DNA of 64,000 bases from Antedon mediterranea. Lineage: Eukaryota > Animalia > Echinodermata. The notes below the pieces were generated by a model that had not been told where the DNA came from, ran no database searches, and saw nothing but the letters and a program-made list of their open reading frames with translations. The DNA lies in NCBI RefSeq assembly GCF_964355755.1, contig NC_092678.1, positions 14,036,171 to 14,100,170 on the forward strand, written 5' to 3'. Positions 11,001 through 23,731 of the stretch are shown piece after piece (within the stretch, counting starts at the first letter, position 1; each line of letters opens with the position of its first letter). The translations under genes and the position numbers were made by a program.

Positions 11001-12237
11001 ACTAATGGAGCTGATAAGGAAGGCCGCGCAATCAGTAACATGCATAACATGCCGTGCATTCATCGCGTGTTGTATAATTATTATACATGGTTTCTTAAAT
11101 CCAAACACACTCTTATTCTAGAATGTTCATGTAGATACATACACCGTCTCTTTACCGATCGAGTTGATACGGTTGTGCAATCAATAAGAGGCATAACATG
11201 CCGTGCATTCGTCGCCTGTTGTATATATACAATAATGTTTATAACTTTCCAGATCATACTTCTTATTCTATTCGATTACAGTTTCTAATGATAGCATACT
11301 TCAGGAATGGTCCTGATTGTTCTTATATTAATTATTATAGGCCTACATGGTTTCTTAAATCCAAACACACTCTTATTCTAGAATGTTCATGTAGATACAT
11401 ACACCGTCTCTTTACCGAATGAACTGATAAGGTCGTGCAATCAATAAGAGGCATAACATGCCGTGCATTCGTCGCCTGTTGTATATCGAGAGAACAAATG
11501 AAAATATTGTTTACTTCGAGAATAAGCAATACACCGTCTCTTTACCGAATGAGCTGATAAGGCCGTGCAATCAGTAACAGGCATAACATGCCGTGCATTC
11601 ATCGCGTGTTGTATAATTATTATACATGGTTTCTTAAATCCAAACACACTCTTATTCTATAATGTTCATGTAGATACATACACCGTCTCTTTACCGAACT
11701 AACTGATAAGGTCGTGCAATCAATAAGAGGCATAACATGCCGTGCATACGTCGTGTGTTGTATATCGAGAGAACGGATGAAAATCTTTTTTTTTTTTTTT
11801 TTACTTCGAGAAGAAGCAATACACCGTCTCCTTACCAATGGAGCTGATAAGGAAGGCCGCGCAATCAGTAACATGCATAACATGCCGTGCATTCATCGCG
11901 TGTTGTATAATTATTATACATGGTTTCTTAAATCCAAACACACTCTTATTCTAGAATGTTCATGTAGATACATACACCGTCTCTTTACCGATCGAGTTGA
12001 TACGGTTGTGCAATCAATAAGAGGCATAACATGCCGTGCATTCGTCGCCTGTTGTATATATACAATAATGTTTATAACTTTCCAGATCATACTTCTTATT
12101 CTATTCGATTACAGTTTCTAATGATAGCATATTTCAGGAATGGTCCTGATTGTTCTTATATTAATTATTATAGGCCTACATGGTTTCTTAAATCCAAACA
12201 AACTCTTATTCTAGAATGTTCATGTAGATACATACAC
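8029..12237. repeat. Higher-order tandem array: about 25 copies of an ~85-bp core separated by 3-4 linker types; ~833-bp higher-order unit
   Basis: Core ATACACCGTCTCTTTACCGA...CTGATAAGG...GGCATAACATGCCGTGCATT...GTTGTATA; higher-order starts near 9557, 10392, 11224, 12057; linkers contain TTCnnGAA. Confidence 0.95.
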
Positions 12238-13379
12238 CACACAAATACCTATATATAGGGGATAGGGAAAACCAATTCACGTTTTTTTTTTACTTGGAGT
12301 TGTGTTATGATGATTAAAATTTGCTGAGGCTTACTTTAATAACTACTTCTCATAGTAGTTGATAAATCGAGTCGATAACAATGACATCATCATGCCAGAA
12401 TCCAATATGGCGTCCAATTTGGCGGAAAAAACAGGGTATTGCTAACCCCGCAAACCCTTGCAAACCTACTTGTAAAAAAAAACATAGCAAACCCCACCGA
12501 ACCAACACAAAAGTGTAGTGATTGAATCATGTAGTGTACGACCCACTGGGTATATCCATGTAAAAAAAAAAATTAAATTTCTACGGTTAACTACTTATTT
12601 TTGGGGTAAAACCTCATTTTTTGGTCAAAAATGATTGCTAAACCCTGCAAACCTCCAAAAAAACATAGCAATCCCCACCGAAACAACATAATAAAAGTGA
12701 TTGAATCATGTAGTGTACGACCCACTGGGTATATCCATGTTTAAAAAAAATAAAATTTCTACTGTTAACTACTTATTTTTGGGGTAAAACATCATTTTTT
12801 TTGTAAAAAATGATTGTTAATTTTTAACCAAAAAATGATGTTTTATCCCAAAAATAAGTAGTTAATTCAGTAGAAATTTTAATTTTTTTTTACATGGACA
12901 TACCCAGTGGGACGAACACTCCATGATTCAATCACTTTTATGTCGGTTCGGTGCGGTTTTCTATGGTTTTTTTTAGGTTTTCAGGGGTTTGCGGGGGTTT
13001 AGCAATACCCTGTTTTTCCCGCCAAATTGGACGCCATATTGGATTCTGGCATGATGATGTCATCGTATCAACTTGATTCATCAACTACTATGAGAAGTAG
13101 TTATTAAAGTAAGCCTCTACTAATTTTAATCATTAAAACACAACTGCAAGTAACAAAAACTGTTAATTGATTTCCCTATCCCGTGTATGTTAATAGGAAT
13201 TTGTGTGTGTTCTATAGGCCAAAATTTAAAAGTGCCATGAAAAATTTTCCCCAAGACCCTGGGATGGGGATTTTTTTTCTGACATTCCATATGGTATACT
13301 TTATAAGAAAAACCAAAAAAACATTTTCCTATACTTTTTTCCCGCAAATGTGTATAATAATTGTTCTGCACCCAGGCTA
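12238..13379. mobile_element. Non-autonomous foldback DNA element, left arm apparently truncated
   Basis: 12238-~12815 is the inverted counterpart of ~12820-13209 (with an internal ~180-bp duplication in the left arm); the right side runs on to ...CCCAGGCTA at 13379 with no left counterpart. Confidence 0.75.
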
Positions 13380-13915
13380 CAAGGAGTTATCCGCTACTAA
13401 GCGGATAACAAATAAAGATGAAAAAAAAAGATATTTACAATCACAAGGGTTATCCGCAACTTAATAAGTTGCGGATAACCAATTAATAAGTTGCGGATAA
13501 CCAAAAAAAGATATTTACAATAACATGGGTTATCCGCAACTACTAAGTTGCGGACAACCAATGAAAAAAAAGATATTTACAATAACAAGGGTTGTCCACA
13601 ACTACTAAGTTGCGGATAGCCAACTAGATTTGAACTCGTCAAAATGACCTTTGGTTTATAATCTATGACCAATCATTGAAATTCATAAAATTGCGAGTAA
13701 CTTACGCTGCGCGACTCTAACGTCATTAAAAATATGGAGGTGCACAACTTCAGGTAAATGTCCATATAATGACAAAGTTATACAAAAGATATATTCACAA
13801 GCAATAGGGGATATGCTGTAGACAAAAATCCGGGAAAGAAAGAAGAATAACAAAGAAGATGAAAAAGATATTTACAATCACAAGGGTTATCCTGCAACTA
13901 AGTTGCGGATAACCA
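13380..13915 (-). mobile_element. Helentron/HINE-like fragments (GTTATCCGC...GCGGATAAC family)
   Basis: Repeated palindromic GGTTATCCGCAAC..GTTGCGGATAACC ends; CTAG plus half hairpin near 13622; same motifs as 19283-20854. Confidence 0.6.
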
Positions 13916-15097
13916 AAAAAAAAAAAGATCCGGACAATAACCAATTAATCAAAACATATCCCAAAGGCCTCTATAATTCTTAAAAACGAAGTACTGTAGG
14001 AAAAGTTGGTAATATCTGGATGTATTTTAAGAGTTGAAGATGATCTTTGACTGACTAAACAATAGACTGTTTATAATACCAGGTTTGCATGTTCATAGTA
14101 GGAAACTGCTAGGAGGCAATAGAGAGTGAACATTAAATTAAGATAAAAGATATCTTTCTGTAGTCAACACCTTTCAGTACATCTATGAATGAATAAGTAG
14201 TTGAGAGCAGGAATGCTAGTAAACTAAACCCAGTACCATTTTGATTTGACAAGAAATTATCTCTCTCTCTTTTGAAAATGTCTTCAACACATTCAGGTAT
14301 TCTGTAGGAGTATAGTATCTTGGTGTGTAAAAGTTTATTAATAATTGTCTTTGTTACATGTTTAGAAGAGAATTTATATCTGATCGTAGTTGTACTACAC
14401 TGTTTGGTAAGCCGTGTGTTGTTATTCAAATGAGTTTTTGTTTGTTAATTTTTTGTTAATTTTGTATATTAGAAGTTGCCTAGTATTGTATTAACTTTTT
14501 CCTGCCATACAACTTTATGCTGTACTGTTGGTTACACCGGTAGGGAGATATCTGGTTCATGCCAGATATTTTATTGTAATATGTTATGCATTAATATTAA
14601 TCGCTCTTGATCTTGGAACTTTAAATATTGTGTGGTCGCCACTCGAGGCTGGATGGAATTTTTTTAGAGATTTTTCCCCGATTCGGTTATCAGGGGTTTT
14701 ATTCATTGCCTATCGCAAGGTTAAGAGTGTTTTAGTAGAACATTACAGGTTAGCATCTGTTTGCCTTCAGTTCATTTAATTGAAAACAGAACAGAAAAGT
14801 AAAAAACACACGACTATTTAATTTTCGTCATTTTATCTAGAAACGAATATTGCATTTATTTTGTTTGTTTGTTATTTATACGGGGTTATGGAAGTTGGCG
14901 TGTGTGACCGCACTTTCCCAGAATAAACATGTTTTAAACAGATATTTTGTCTCCATTGGTTCATGTATGGGGTTAACAGTGGCTGAGATGAGATCCAAAT
15001 TTAACTGTGCTGTGGGCATTAGGTTAGATCGATCACACTCCCACACCTCAAAAGACAAGGCCTGCTATTGGTTAATAAAGGATTTAAAGCAACTTAC

Positions 15098-15254
15098 TGA
15101 GATCTAAATGTTGAACTTTTGGGCGATCTGAGTATGGATCATTTTTGTACAATGTATCCAGTATCTTCTCCTTTACTTGACTGATGGTGTCACAGCTAAG
15201 AACTTTCACTTTTTGAAATGCACCACTGTCAGAATGTTGTATTGCATTCAGTGT
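15098..15254 (-). pseudogene. Plexin RBD exon (last plexin exon recognised)
   Basis: [52 protein letters not shown] with AG/GT borders. Confidence 0.9.
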
Positions 15255-15298
15255 CTGTAAAATAAAAATAAAATTTATTTCTAGAATATTAAGTTGTA

Positions 15299-16800
15299 AC
15301 TAGAATTTAATTCGTCACTTTGACGAATTATAGGTGATCATTTTTATCATTTTATTGACATTCATATTTTTTAAACATGCACGTATGTTAACATACAATC
15401 GGAAAATGTTGATGTATGCCATCCTATTATACGCTATAGTGCTGAGTTGTGCCTATCATATGCCATATATACATTATGTACAGTATATACTGTATATCTA
15501 TATACAGTGTAGCATTAGTGAAATTAGGGACACACATCGTGTTCTAATTTTTTGGCACTGATGACATTATCAAAATAAACTTGTGGATAACAATATCGAA
15601 AGATAAAGAATTGAGCAATAAAATATAACAATTGGAAGAAAATTTGGCACGTAGAAGCGCGGTGCACGCTCTTTAAAATTTGTATAACTTTGACGAAAGA
15701 GATGAAAAATTTGCTTTTTAACTTCAACTTGCCATATTATAACGTCACAAGATTCCATAGGCTTAATTTTTATATAAATTCATATCTACATTTAACCAGC
15801 TCTAATAATAAGTTATAAACATCAAGGTCAACTTTAATTCAGAAGAGCTGTAAGTTATTCAAATGTACCTTATAGGTGAATTTACGTAACCACAGTTATT
15901 CAAATTTTAAGACGTGATGACGTCATCAAAATGAAAATGTTGGCAACTCATGAGTAACATAATTGGTTGAGGTAGAATATATTAAAATTATAAAAGAAAA
16001 TCAATTACAGATAAGCGAGTTGCGCTCTGTTGAATATGGTAGTCTATAACAAAAGGGGAAAAAACCCTGTTTTAAAAATACATGTGGCCCAAATGATGAC
16101 ATCATTCCATTTTGTACGTCTAATGTGTATATACATTTATATCTACAACTCATTGGCTTCCATAATAAGTTAAAAAAATTGGGGGTCACCTTCCATTCTG
16201 AACAGTTATATTCATTTTAAAAAGGCCTTATTTTTTACAATTTTTAGCACTTTTGTATAATTAATGTGCGCATTTTGTCATTTTTAACGTGCTCGTATAG
16301 CACTATTTTAAGTCGAAATGGACTCAAATTTGTTGAATGTACTATGGAAGTTGAGTAGAATGCAATTTGTACCAAAAAAATGATATTTTTTACGCTTTCT
16401 ATGTACGCACGCGCAAAAACGTGTTTTTGCGCAGTAATTTTTTAAAACATGCAAATGGCCTGCTCTAAATTGATCAAAACGTAATTTTGAGCTTTTTAAA
16501 TTTTTAACGCGCTCACGCGCATGACCCTGCGTGCTCGTGCGTTTTTATTTGCTAATATTTTTACCCTTGACCTGATGTTTACGTGTAGTGAATTCATTAA
16601 TATGTGATAATTAATTATGGAGATATGATTGATATTGCAATTTCACAAAATGGCATATAAATGACGTCACGGGTGAGGGATCACGCTGAAAAGCTTATTA
16701 GGACTAAGTTAAAGTATTTGAAAGACATTCTGAAATTTTGATAATCATTGACATTAAAGTTTTTGAGATATTTGTTACACAAAATCTGTACAGAAAGAAA
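15299..16800 (-). mobile_element. Helentron/HINE-like element copy 1 (5' end missing)
   Basis: 3' end: subTIR AAATGATCACCTA, hairpin AATTCGTC-AAAGT-GACGAATT, then CTAGT. Confidence 0.75.
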
Positions 16801-16839
16801 TTGCAAAGAAACATTTTTTTTTTACAAAAACAATTTCTC

Positions 16840-18394
16840 ACTAGAATTTAATTCGTCACTTTGACGAATTATAGGTGATCATTTTATCATTTTATTGACA
16901 TTAATTAATTATTACCTGAAAACAATTTGTTTTAAACATGCACGTACGTTATAATACGATCGGAAAATGATGATACATTCCATCCTATTATATGCCATAT
17001 ACATACAGTATACCGTATATCTACAGTCTATACAGTGTAGCATAGGTGAAATTACAGGACACACATCATGTTATAATTTTTTGGTATGATGGAATTATCA
17101 AAATAAACTCTAAGATGACAATTTCGAAAGATAATGAATTGAGCAAATAAATACAAGAATTAGAAGAGAATTTGCCACGTAGAAGCGCTGTGCGCGCTCT
17201 TTGAAATTTGTAAAACTTTGACTAAAGAAATTTAAAAACTACTTTTTAACTTCAACTGGCCATATGATGACATCACAAAATCCGATCGAGTTAATTTTTT
17301 TATGAATTCATATCTACATTTCATCAGCTTTCTTAATAAGTTAACATTTTCAAGGTCACCTTTAATTATGATGAGCTGTAAGATATTAAACTGTATGGTG
17401 TAGGTGAAATTACACGACTCACGTTATTCAAGTTTTTACACGTGATAACGTCATCAAAATGAAAACGCTGACAACTTATGAGAAAGATAAATAATTAAGC
17501 AAGGACACACTGAAATTTGTGCAAAAATCGGACTCAAATAACGGAGATGCGCTCTATTGAATACGATAACCTACACAAAACGGGAAAAAAATCCACATTA
17601 TTAAATTTAAGTGGCCATTTGATGACGTAATACCATTTTGTACGTCTAATGTGTATATACATTTATATTTACAACTTATATTGGCTTCCATATTAAGTTT
17701 AAAAAATTGGGGGTCACCTGCCATTCTGAAGAGTTATATTCATTTTAAAAAGGCCTTAATTTTTACCATTTTTTGCAATTAATGTGCGAATTTTGTCATG
17801 TTTAACGTGCTCGTACAGCGTCATTTTAAGTCGGAATGGACTCAAAGTCAGAGAATGTACTAAGGATTGTGAGTAGAATGTGATGTATACATAAAATTTT
17901 ATTTTTTACGCATTTTAAGAATCGCGTGCGCAAAAACGTGTTTTTGCGCAGTAATTTTTTGAAACACGCAAATGGCCTAGTTTATGCTCTAAATTGATCA
18001 AAACTTAATTTTGAGCTTTTTAAAATTTTAAGGCGCAATTTCACGTACATGACCTTGAAACGCGCGAGTTTTTATTTGCCAATATATTTTATCTTAACCT
18101 GAAGTTTACGTGTAGTGAATTTCATTAATATGTGATGATATGATTATGTGATTTCACAAAACGGCGTATACGTGACGTCAAGGATGAGTGATCACGCTGA
18201 AAAGCTTATTATGGCTAAGTTAAAGTATTTGAAAGACATGGTAAAATTTTTGTGATCGTTGCCATTCAACTTTTTGAGATATTTGTTACACAAATTTGTA
18301 CAGAGAGAAATAAATAATAAGAATAAGAATAGGAAGAATAAAGATTTCATACAATAACAATAGGTGATCATTTTATTCTAAATGATCACCTAAT
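16840..18394 (-). mobile_element. Helentron/HINE-like element copy 2 (both ends present)
   Basis: Same 3' hairpin+CTAG; 5' end TAGGTGATCATTTAGAATAAAATGATCACCTA followed by a simple repeat. Confidence 0.8.
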
Positions 18395-18555
18395 TAAAGT
18401 AATGAATATAGTACACACACAAGAGAAAGTAAATACAGAGATTAACTCTGACTGTTTACTGTTGTTTTAATAGAAATCCATTGTGGCCATGAAATTTCAT
18501 CTAATAATGAAAATGGAATGCATGTATACAGGGAAATAGTTAATAGAATACATAC

Positions 18556-18702
18556 AATGACTTGAGGACGTTTGTCTGACTGAAGGCAATCATCAAGGTT
18601 CAATGAGTATGTAGCACGTCCAGTAATGGCATCTACTGGACCCATCTCAATCCTTAACTTCAGTGCATGGTACAGAACATACAGTGGATGCCCGGCATAG
18701 TC
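18556..18702 (-). pseudogene. Plexin RasGAP exon
   Basis: DYAGHPLYVLYHALKLRIEMGPVDAITGRATYSLNLDDCL, matching plexin AGEPLF..KGPIDAITGEARYSL; AG/GT borders. Confidence 0.9.
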
Positions 18703-18865
18703 CTGTAAAACACAATGTTTAAATGAGCAAATGGCCAAAAAGTTAAGACATTGGAACTGTAATCCATAGCCTTATGCCAAGGGTTTGAGGCTCACTTGCT
18801 CCATGGTTCTGGTGGTAGAACGAGTCTTCTTGGATAGTTAATTGTTTTTAACTGTGTGCTAGTTT

Positions 18866-21800
18866 ATTAGGTGATCATTTAGAATAAAATGATCACCTAT
18901 TGTTATTGTACAAAATCTTTATTGTTGTTTTTTAGTTATCCGCATTCAGCGGATAACTCCTTGTAACTGTCCTGTTTCATCATCTTTTTTTTCTGTATTC
19001 TTCTTTCTTTCTGTCATTTTTGTGTCACGCGTAACTCAAAAACGTGTAAACATAACATTTCATAACTTTGTCAACATATGGGCATTTATGTGAAATTGTG
19101 CACCTCCTATTTTGAATGACGTCAGAGTTGCGCAACATGACTTACGCGCGTTTTTACGAATTTCGCGTATTTAACATAGATCGATAGATAATGTTTTTAA
19201 CTGTGTGCTAGTTTATTAGGTGATCATTTAGAATAAAATGATCACCTATTGTTATTGTACAAAATCTTTATTGTTGTTTTTTAGTTATCCGCATTCAGCG
19301 GATAACTCCTTGTAACTGTCCTGTTTCATCATCTTTTTTTTCTGTATTCTTCTTTCTTTCTGTCATTTTTGTGTCACGCGTAACTCAAAAACGTGTAAAC
19401 ATAACATTTCATAACTTTGTCAACATATGGGCATTTATGTGAAATTGTGCACCTCCTATTTTGAATGACGTCAGAGTTGCGCAACATGACTTACGCGCGT
19501 TTTTACGAATTTCGCGTATTTAACATAGATCGAAAACCATATAACAATTTAATATGAAACTTGACAAAAAGTTTAAGTTATATCTTGCGCTAACTGACTA
19601 TAGGGAAAAAATGGCATGTTTTACACGAAGTTACGCGCGCACGCGCGTTTAAAATTTCAAAATGCGAAAAATCAATTTCTAATCAACTTTCTACGCGTTT
19701 CATGTAATTTTAAGCATGTAAAAAATTCCCACGCGCCCGCATTTTTTTACGCGCATGGTGCGTGCGTTGAAAACAATTTTTTTTTTGTGATTTCAGTTTT
19801 TTCAGCCTTTTCTAGTAATTTTACCAACTTTTAAACAATTTCGACTTAAAACTACGTCATACGGGCACGTTGAATTGGATAATTTACGTGCGTTTTTGAT
19901 GAAAAAGTTTAAAAATTGGTCAAAATTATGCCTTTTTTTAAACAGTCATAGATTCTAAACAACGAGGTGAACTTTTTTTTAATTACATATTCTGGAAGTT
20001 GAAGAGTTGTAGATATCGGATCATGAATCGATACGGCTAACCAGACATTGTGACGTCATCGTATGGCCACACGAATGTAAAATATAGGATTTTTGTCTCT
20101 TTCGTTATTGCTCATCATATTCAATGGAGCGCATCACGCCTATCTGTATTCCTTTTTTTCCAAGACTTTAATATTTTCTAGGTCAATCAACTATCTTACG
20201 AATGAGTTAAAAATATTTTAATTTTTATGACGTCATCATGCCTAAAAATTATAATTAACAGGGTCATTAATTTCATCTTTACAGTAAATTTTAATCTGTT
20301 ATAGCTTGTAAGAATAAAAAGCTATAATTATGATTAAAACATTTTCTGGAAGCTATTGGACTGTAGATACGAATTAATGTGAACATTTTGCCAATCGGAT
20401 GTTGTGAAGTTATCATATGGCCAGTTGAATAAAAAAAAGCCGTATTTTGATATTATGCGTCATAGTTCATCACATTTAAACGAGCACGCATCCATATTCT
20501 ACGTATTCAAATTTCTTCTACACGTTAATATGTTGTTGGTGAGATAATGTCCTTCCGAAATTGCTATCTTAGTGTTTAATTTTAATACCGTCACCATGTT
20601 AAAAATTGGAATAAACGGTGGGTCCCGTAATTTCACCTATTCTACACTGTATGTAATATGTATACAGATTATACTGTATATACACTATATGACACAAAAT
20701 AGACAGAATTCAGCACTAACAAGATATGATATTCTTCAGTTCAGGTCATAATGCCATAATCTTTTTCTGTGTGCAATATTCAAACGTATGACGTGCACGT
20801 GGCGTTTGTCGTGCGGATAACTAACTCGTCAAAGTGACGAGTTTCATGTCTAGTGTTATTATTCTTCTTTCTGTACACTTTTGTGTAACAAATATCTCAA
20901 AAACTTGAAGAGCAATGATCACAAAAATTGTACAATGTCTTTCAAATAATTTAACTTAGCCATAATAAGCTTTTCAGTGTGATCACTCAACCGTGACGTC
21001 AATAATACGCGATTTTGTGAAATCACGCTATCAATCATATCTCCATAATTAATTATCAGATATCAATGAAATTCACTACACGTAAACTTCAGGTCAAGGG
21101 TAAAAATATAAGCAAATAAAAACTTGCGTGTTTCAAGGTCATGCGCGTGAAATCACACGTTAAAAATTTTAAAAGATCAAAATTATGTTTTGATCAAATT
21201 AGAGCTTGAATTAGGCCATTTGCGTGTTTCAAAAAATTACTGCGCAAAAACACGTTTTTGCGCACGTGAATTTTAAAAAGCATAACAAATAAAATTTGAT
21301 GTATACATCACATTCTACTCACAATCCTTAGTACATTCACCAAATTTGAGTCCATTTCGACTTAAAATAGTGCTCTACAAGTACATTACAAATGACAAAA
21401 TGCACACATTAATTGTACTAAAGTGCTCAAAATGGTAAAAAATAAGGCCTTTTTAAAATGAATATAACTCTTCAGAATGGAAGGTGACCCCCAATTTTTT
21501 TAACTTATTATGGAAGCCAATGAGTTGTAGATATAAATGTATATACACATCAGATGTACAAAATGGTATGACGTCATCATTTGGCCACATGAATTTTTTA
21601 AGTAGTTTTTTTTCACCTTTTGTCAAGACCACTATAATCAACAGAGTGCAACTCGCTTATCTGTGATCGATTTTCTTTAAATTTTTAATATATTCTACCT
21701 CAACCAATTATGTTACTTATGAGTTACCAAGATTTTCATTTGGATGACGTCATCACGTCTTAAAATTTAAATAACGGTGGTTACGTAATTCCACCTACAA

Positions 21801-22377
21801 GGTAAATTTGAATACATTACAGCTCTTCTGAGTTAAAGTTGACCTCAATGTTTATAACTTATTATAAGAGCTGGTGAAATGTAGATATTAATTCATATAA
21901 AAATTAAGCCTATCGGATGTTGTGACTTTATCGTATGGCCAGTTGAATTTAAAAAGTATTTTTTTCATCGCTTTCGTAAAAGTTATACAATTTTTAAATA
22001 GCGCGCACCGCCCTTCTACGTGCCAAATTTTCTTCCAATTGTTATATTTTATTACTCAATTCATTATCTTTCGATATTGTTAACTTCAAGTTTATTTTGA
22101 CAACGTCATCATACCAAAAAATTAGAATATGATGTGGGTCCCGTAATTTCACCTATGCTACACTGTATATAGATATACACAGTACAGTATATACTGTACA
22201 TATTGTATATGGCATATAATAGGCACAACTCAGCACTATAAGCGTATAATAGGATGGCATACATCAACATTTTCCGATTGTATGTTAACATACGTGCATG
22301 TTTAAAAAATATGAATGTCAATAAAATGATAAAAATGATCACCTATAATTCGTCAAAGTGACGAATTAAATTCTAGT
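18866..22377 (+). mobile_element. Helentron/HINE-like element copy 3, with a nested related element and a 349-bp local duplication
   Basis: 5' subTIR/IR at 18866 and again near 19215; body resumes after 20854; 3' hairpin+CTAGT at ~22335-22377. Confidence 0.75.
19283..20854 (+). mobile_element. Nested HINE-like element of a second family
   Basis: 5' GTTATCCGCATTCAGCGGATAAC; 3' GCGGATAAC, hairpin CTCGTC-AAAGT-GACGAG, CTAGT; inserted in the T-rich tract of copy 3. Confidence 0.75.
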
Positions 22378-22602
22378 TTTTTATTCTTTTATTTTATTTC
22401 ATACACATCCAACAGCGAGTACAAACTCGCCAATTACAGGATGGATGAACTATTTTATCGTGCTTATAAACTAAGTCTGATTTGAGTGTTAGAGAGTGGA
22501 GTTAAAAGAGTCTTGAGTTACAACCCTGCCACGAGGTCAGGATTGAACCCTGGACCTTGGGATTGGAAGGCAAGCATGTTTTAACCACCAATCTACAGCT
22601 CC
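22378..22602 (-). mobile_element. tRNA-derived SINE
   Basis: A-box-like TAGATTGGTGG, B-box GGTTCAATCC, unique body, A-rich tail. Confidence 0.65.
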
Positions 22603-23731
22603 ACTACAATGCGATATGCTATGCTTTTCTGTTCAATGCGCATACTACACTCAGGGAGTGGAAAGAAAAAATAAAAATATAATAATTTTCTCGATAGAAC
22701 CACACTTCCTACACACAGAGTAAATTGAACTTACTGGCATATAATTGCATCACAACGCATTCGCATTAATAGATGAAAGTTGATCCAATGAATATGATAA
22801 CAATGTGCAATTCTTTCTGGGTTAATTTCAATGTTAATATAAAACTAATAAACATTTTAAGTAAATCTTCCAAATAATTATTTTAATTATATGAATGTAA
22901 GAAAAGCAATATAAACATACCTTAAGATAATTGTACATTGATAAAGCTATCCAATTGGACAACAGCTTTGCAGTCACAGAGTCTGTTCTATAAATGTTAA
23001 ACAACAATTCAGTTTGAATATGTTGGAAACTTATTTTCACATTTACTGTAACTAACAATAAATACATTGACTTTCATTGCACCAACATTAACAATGTACA
23101 GTAACATAGTAGTAAACATATTTTCTATTTTCTAGTAAGAATGTGCCCTCTAATTTGCATAGAACACAAGATAATATACACAAGATGACCTGAAGTAGTT
23201 ATGACAGTGAACAACTTTAACAATTTGGTTTGATACTCAATGCAGAAACTAATGCCATCTCAGCAACTCCATTTTGCAAAGACAATGATTTTAACATAGA
23301 ATACATCTGACTCAAAATAATGAGACAGAAGCTATGATTGAGCCACCGTTTTGATCTTTATTGGATCAATAAAGATTGAAACGTTGAAAACTGACTTCTC
23401 TCTCATTATTTGGATTTAGTTTTCCATGCTATCTAATATTGGATTAAGTTTGTAGATCATCTTGTGTTTTTGTTGTCTTGCTTTAGTATAATATCGGACA
23501 TTATTATACGCTGTTGACAAAGGAAAAATAAAAACAAACTGACCTGGCTAGGACTTGCTTGGCTTTATGCGATGACACACAATAATCAATGTTGTCAATT
23601 AACAACTCCTCAAGTACCCTATAACACAACACAAATTATTGTCAGTTTCATTTATTTACACAATTAATTGTAACCAATAAATGTCTATATTTTCTGGATT
23701 GTTGTGGTGAAACAAGACTTAAAGACACTTA

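Larger units (their letters stand above)
1..12237. mobile_element. Putative endogenous large-DNA-virus (or giant mobile element) segment, right-hand end; continues beyond the window start
   Basis: Tightly packed, overlapping or convergent ORFs, visibly richer in CpG than the host exons to the right; host-modulator gene content (Bcl-2-like, death domain, Kelch, LRR); TATA and AATAAA signals; terminal repeat array with an abrupt junction. No hallmark viral gene in the window. Confidence 0.6.

Noticed and set aside
8029-12237. CRISPR-like repeat/spacer appearance
   Set aside because: Linkers are reused in a fixed higher-order pattern rather than unique, cores are ~85 bp, no cas genes, eukaryotic context.
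7987-12258. Many 60-135 aa ORFs in the array
   Set aside because: Recurrent translations of the repeat on both strands, broken by variable T-runs.
14133-14429. 98-aa ORF as a plexin C-terminal exon or LINE remnant
   Set aside because: No plexin motif; LINE similarity too weak to support by eye.
22520-22602. Functional tRNA gene
   Set aside because: No convincing cloverleaf; continues into a body and A-rich tail like a SINE.
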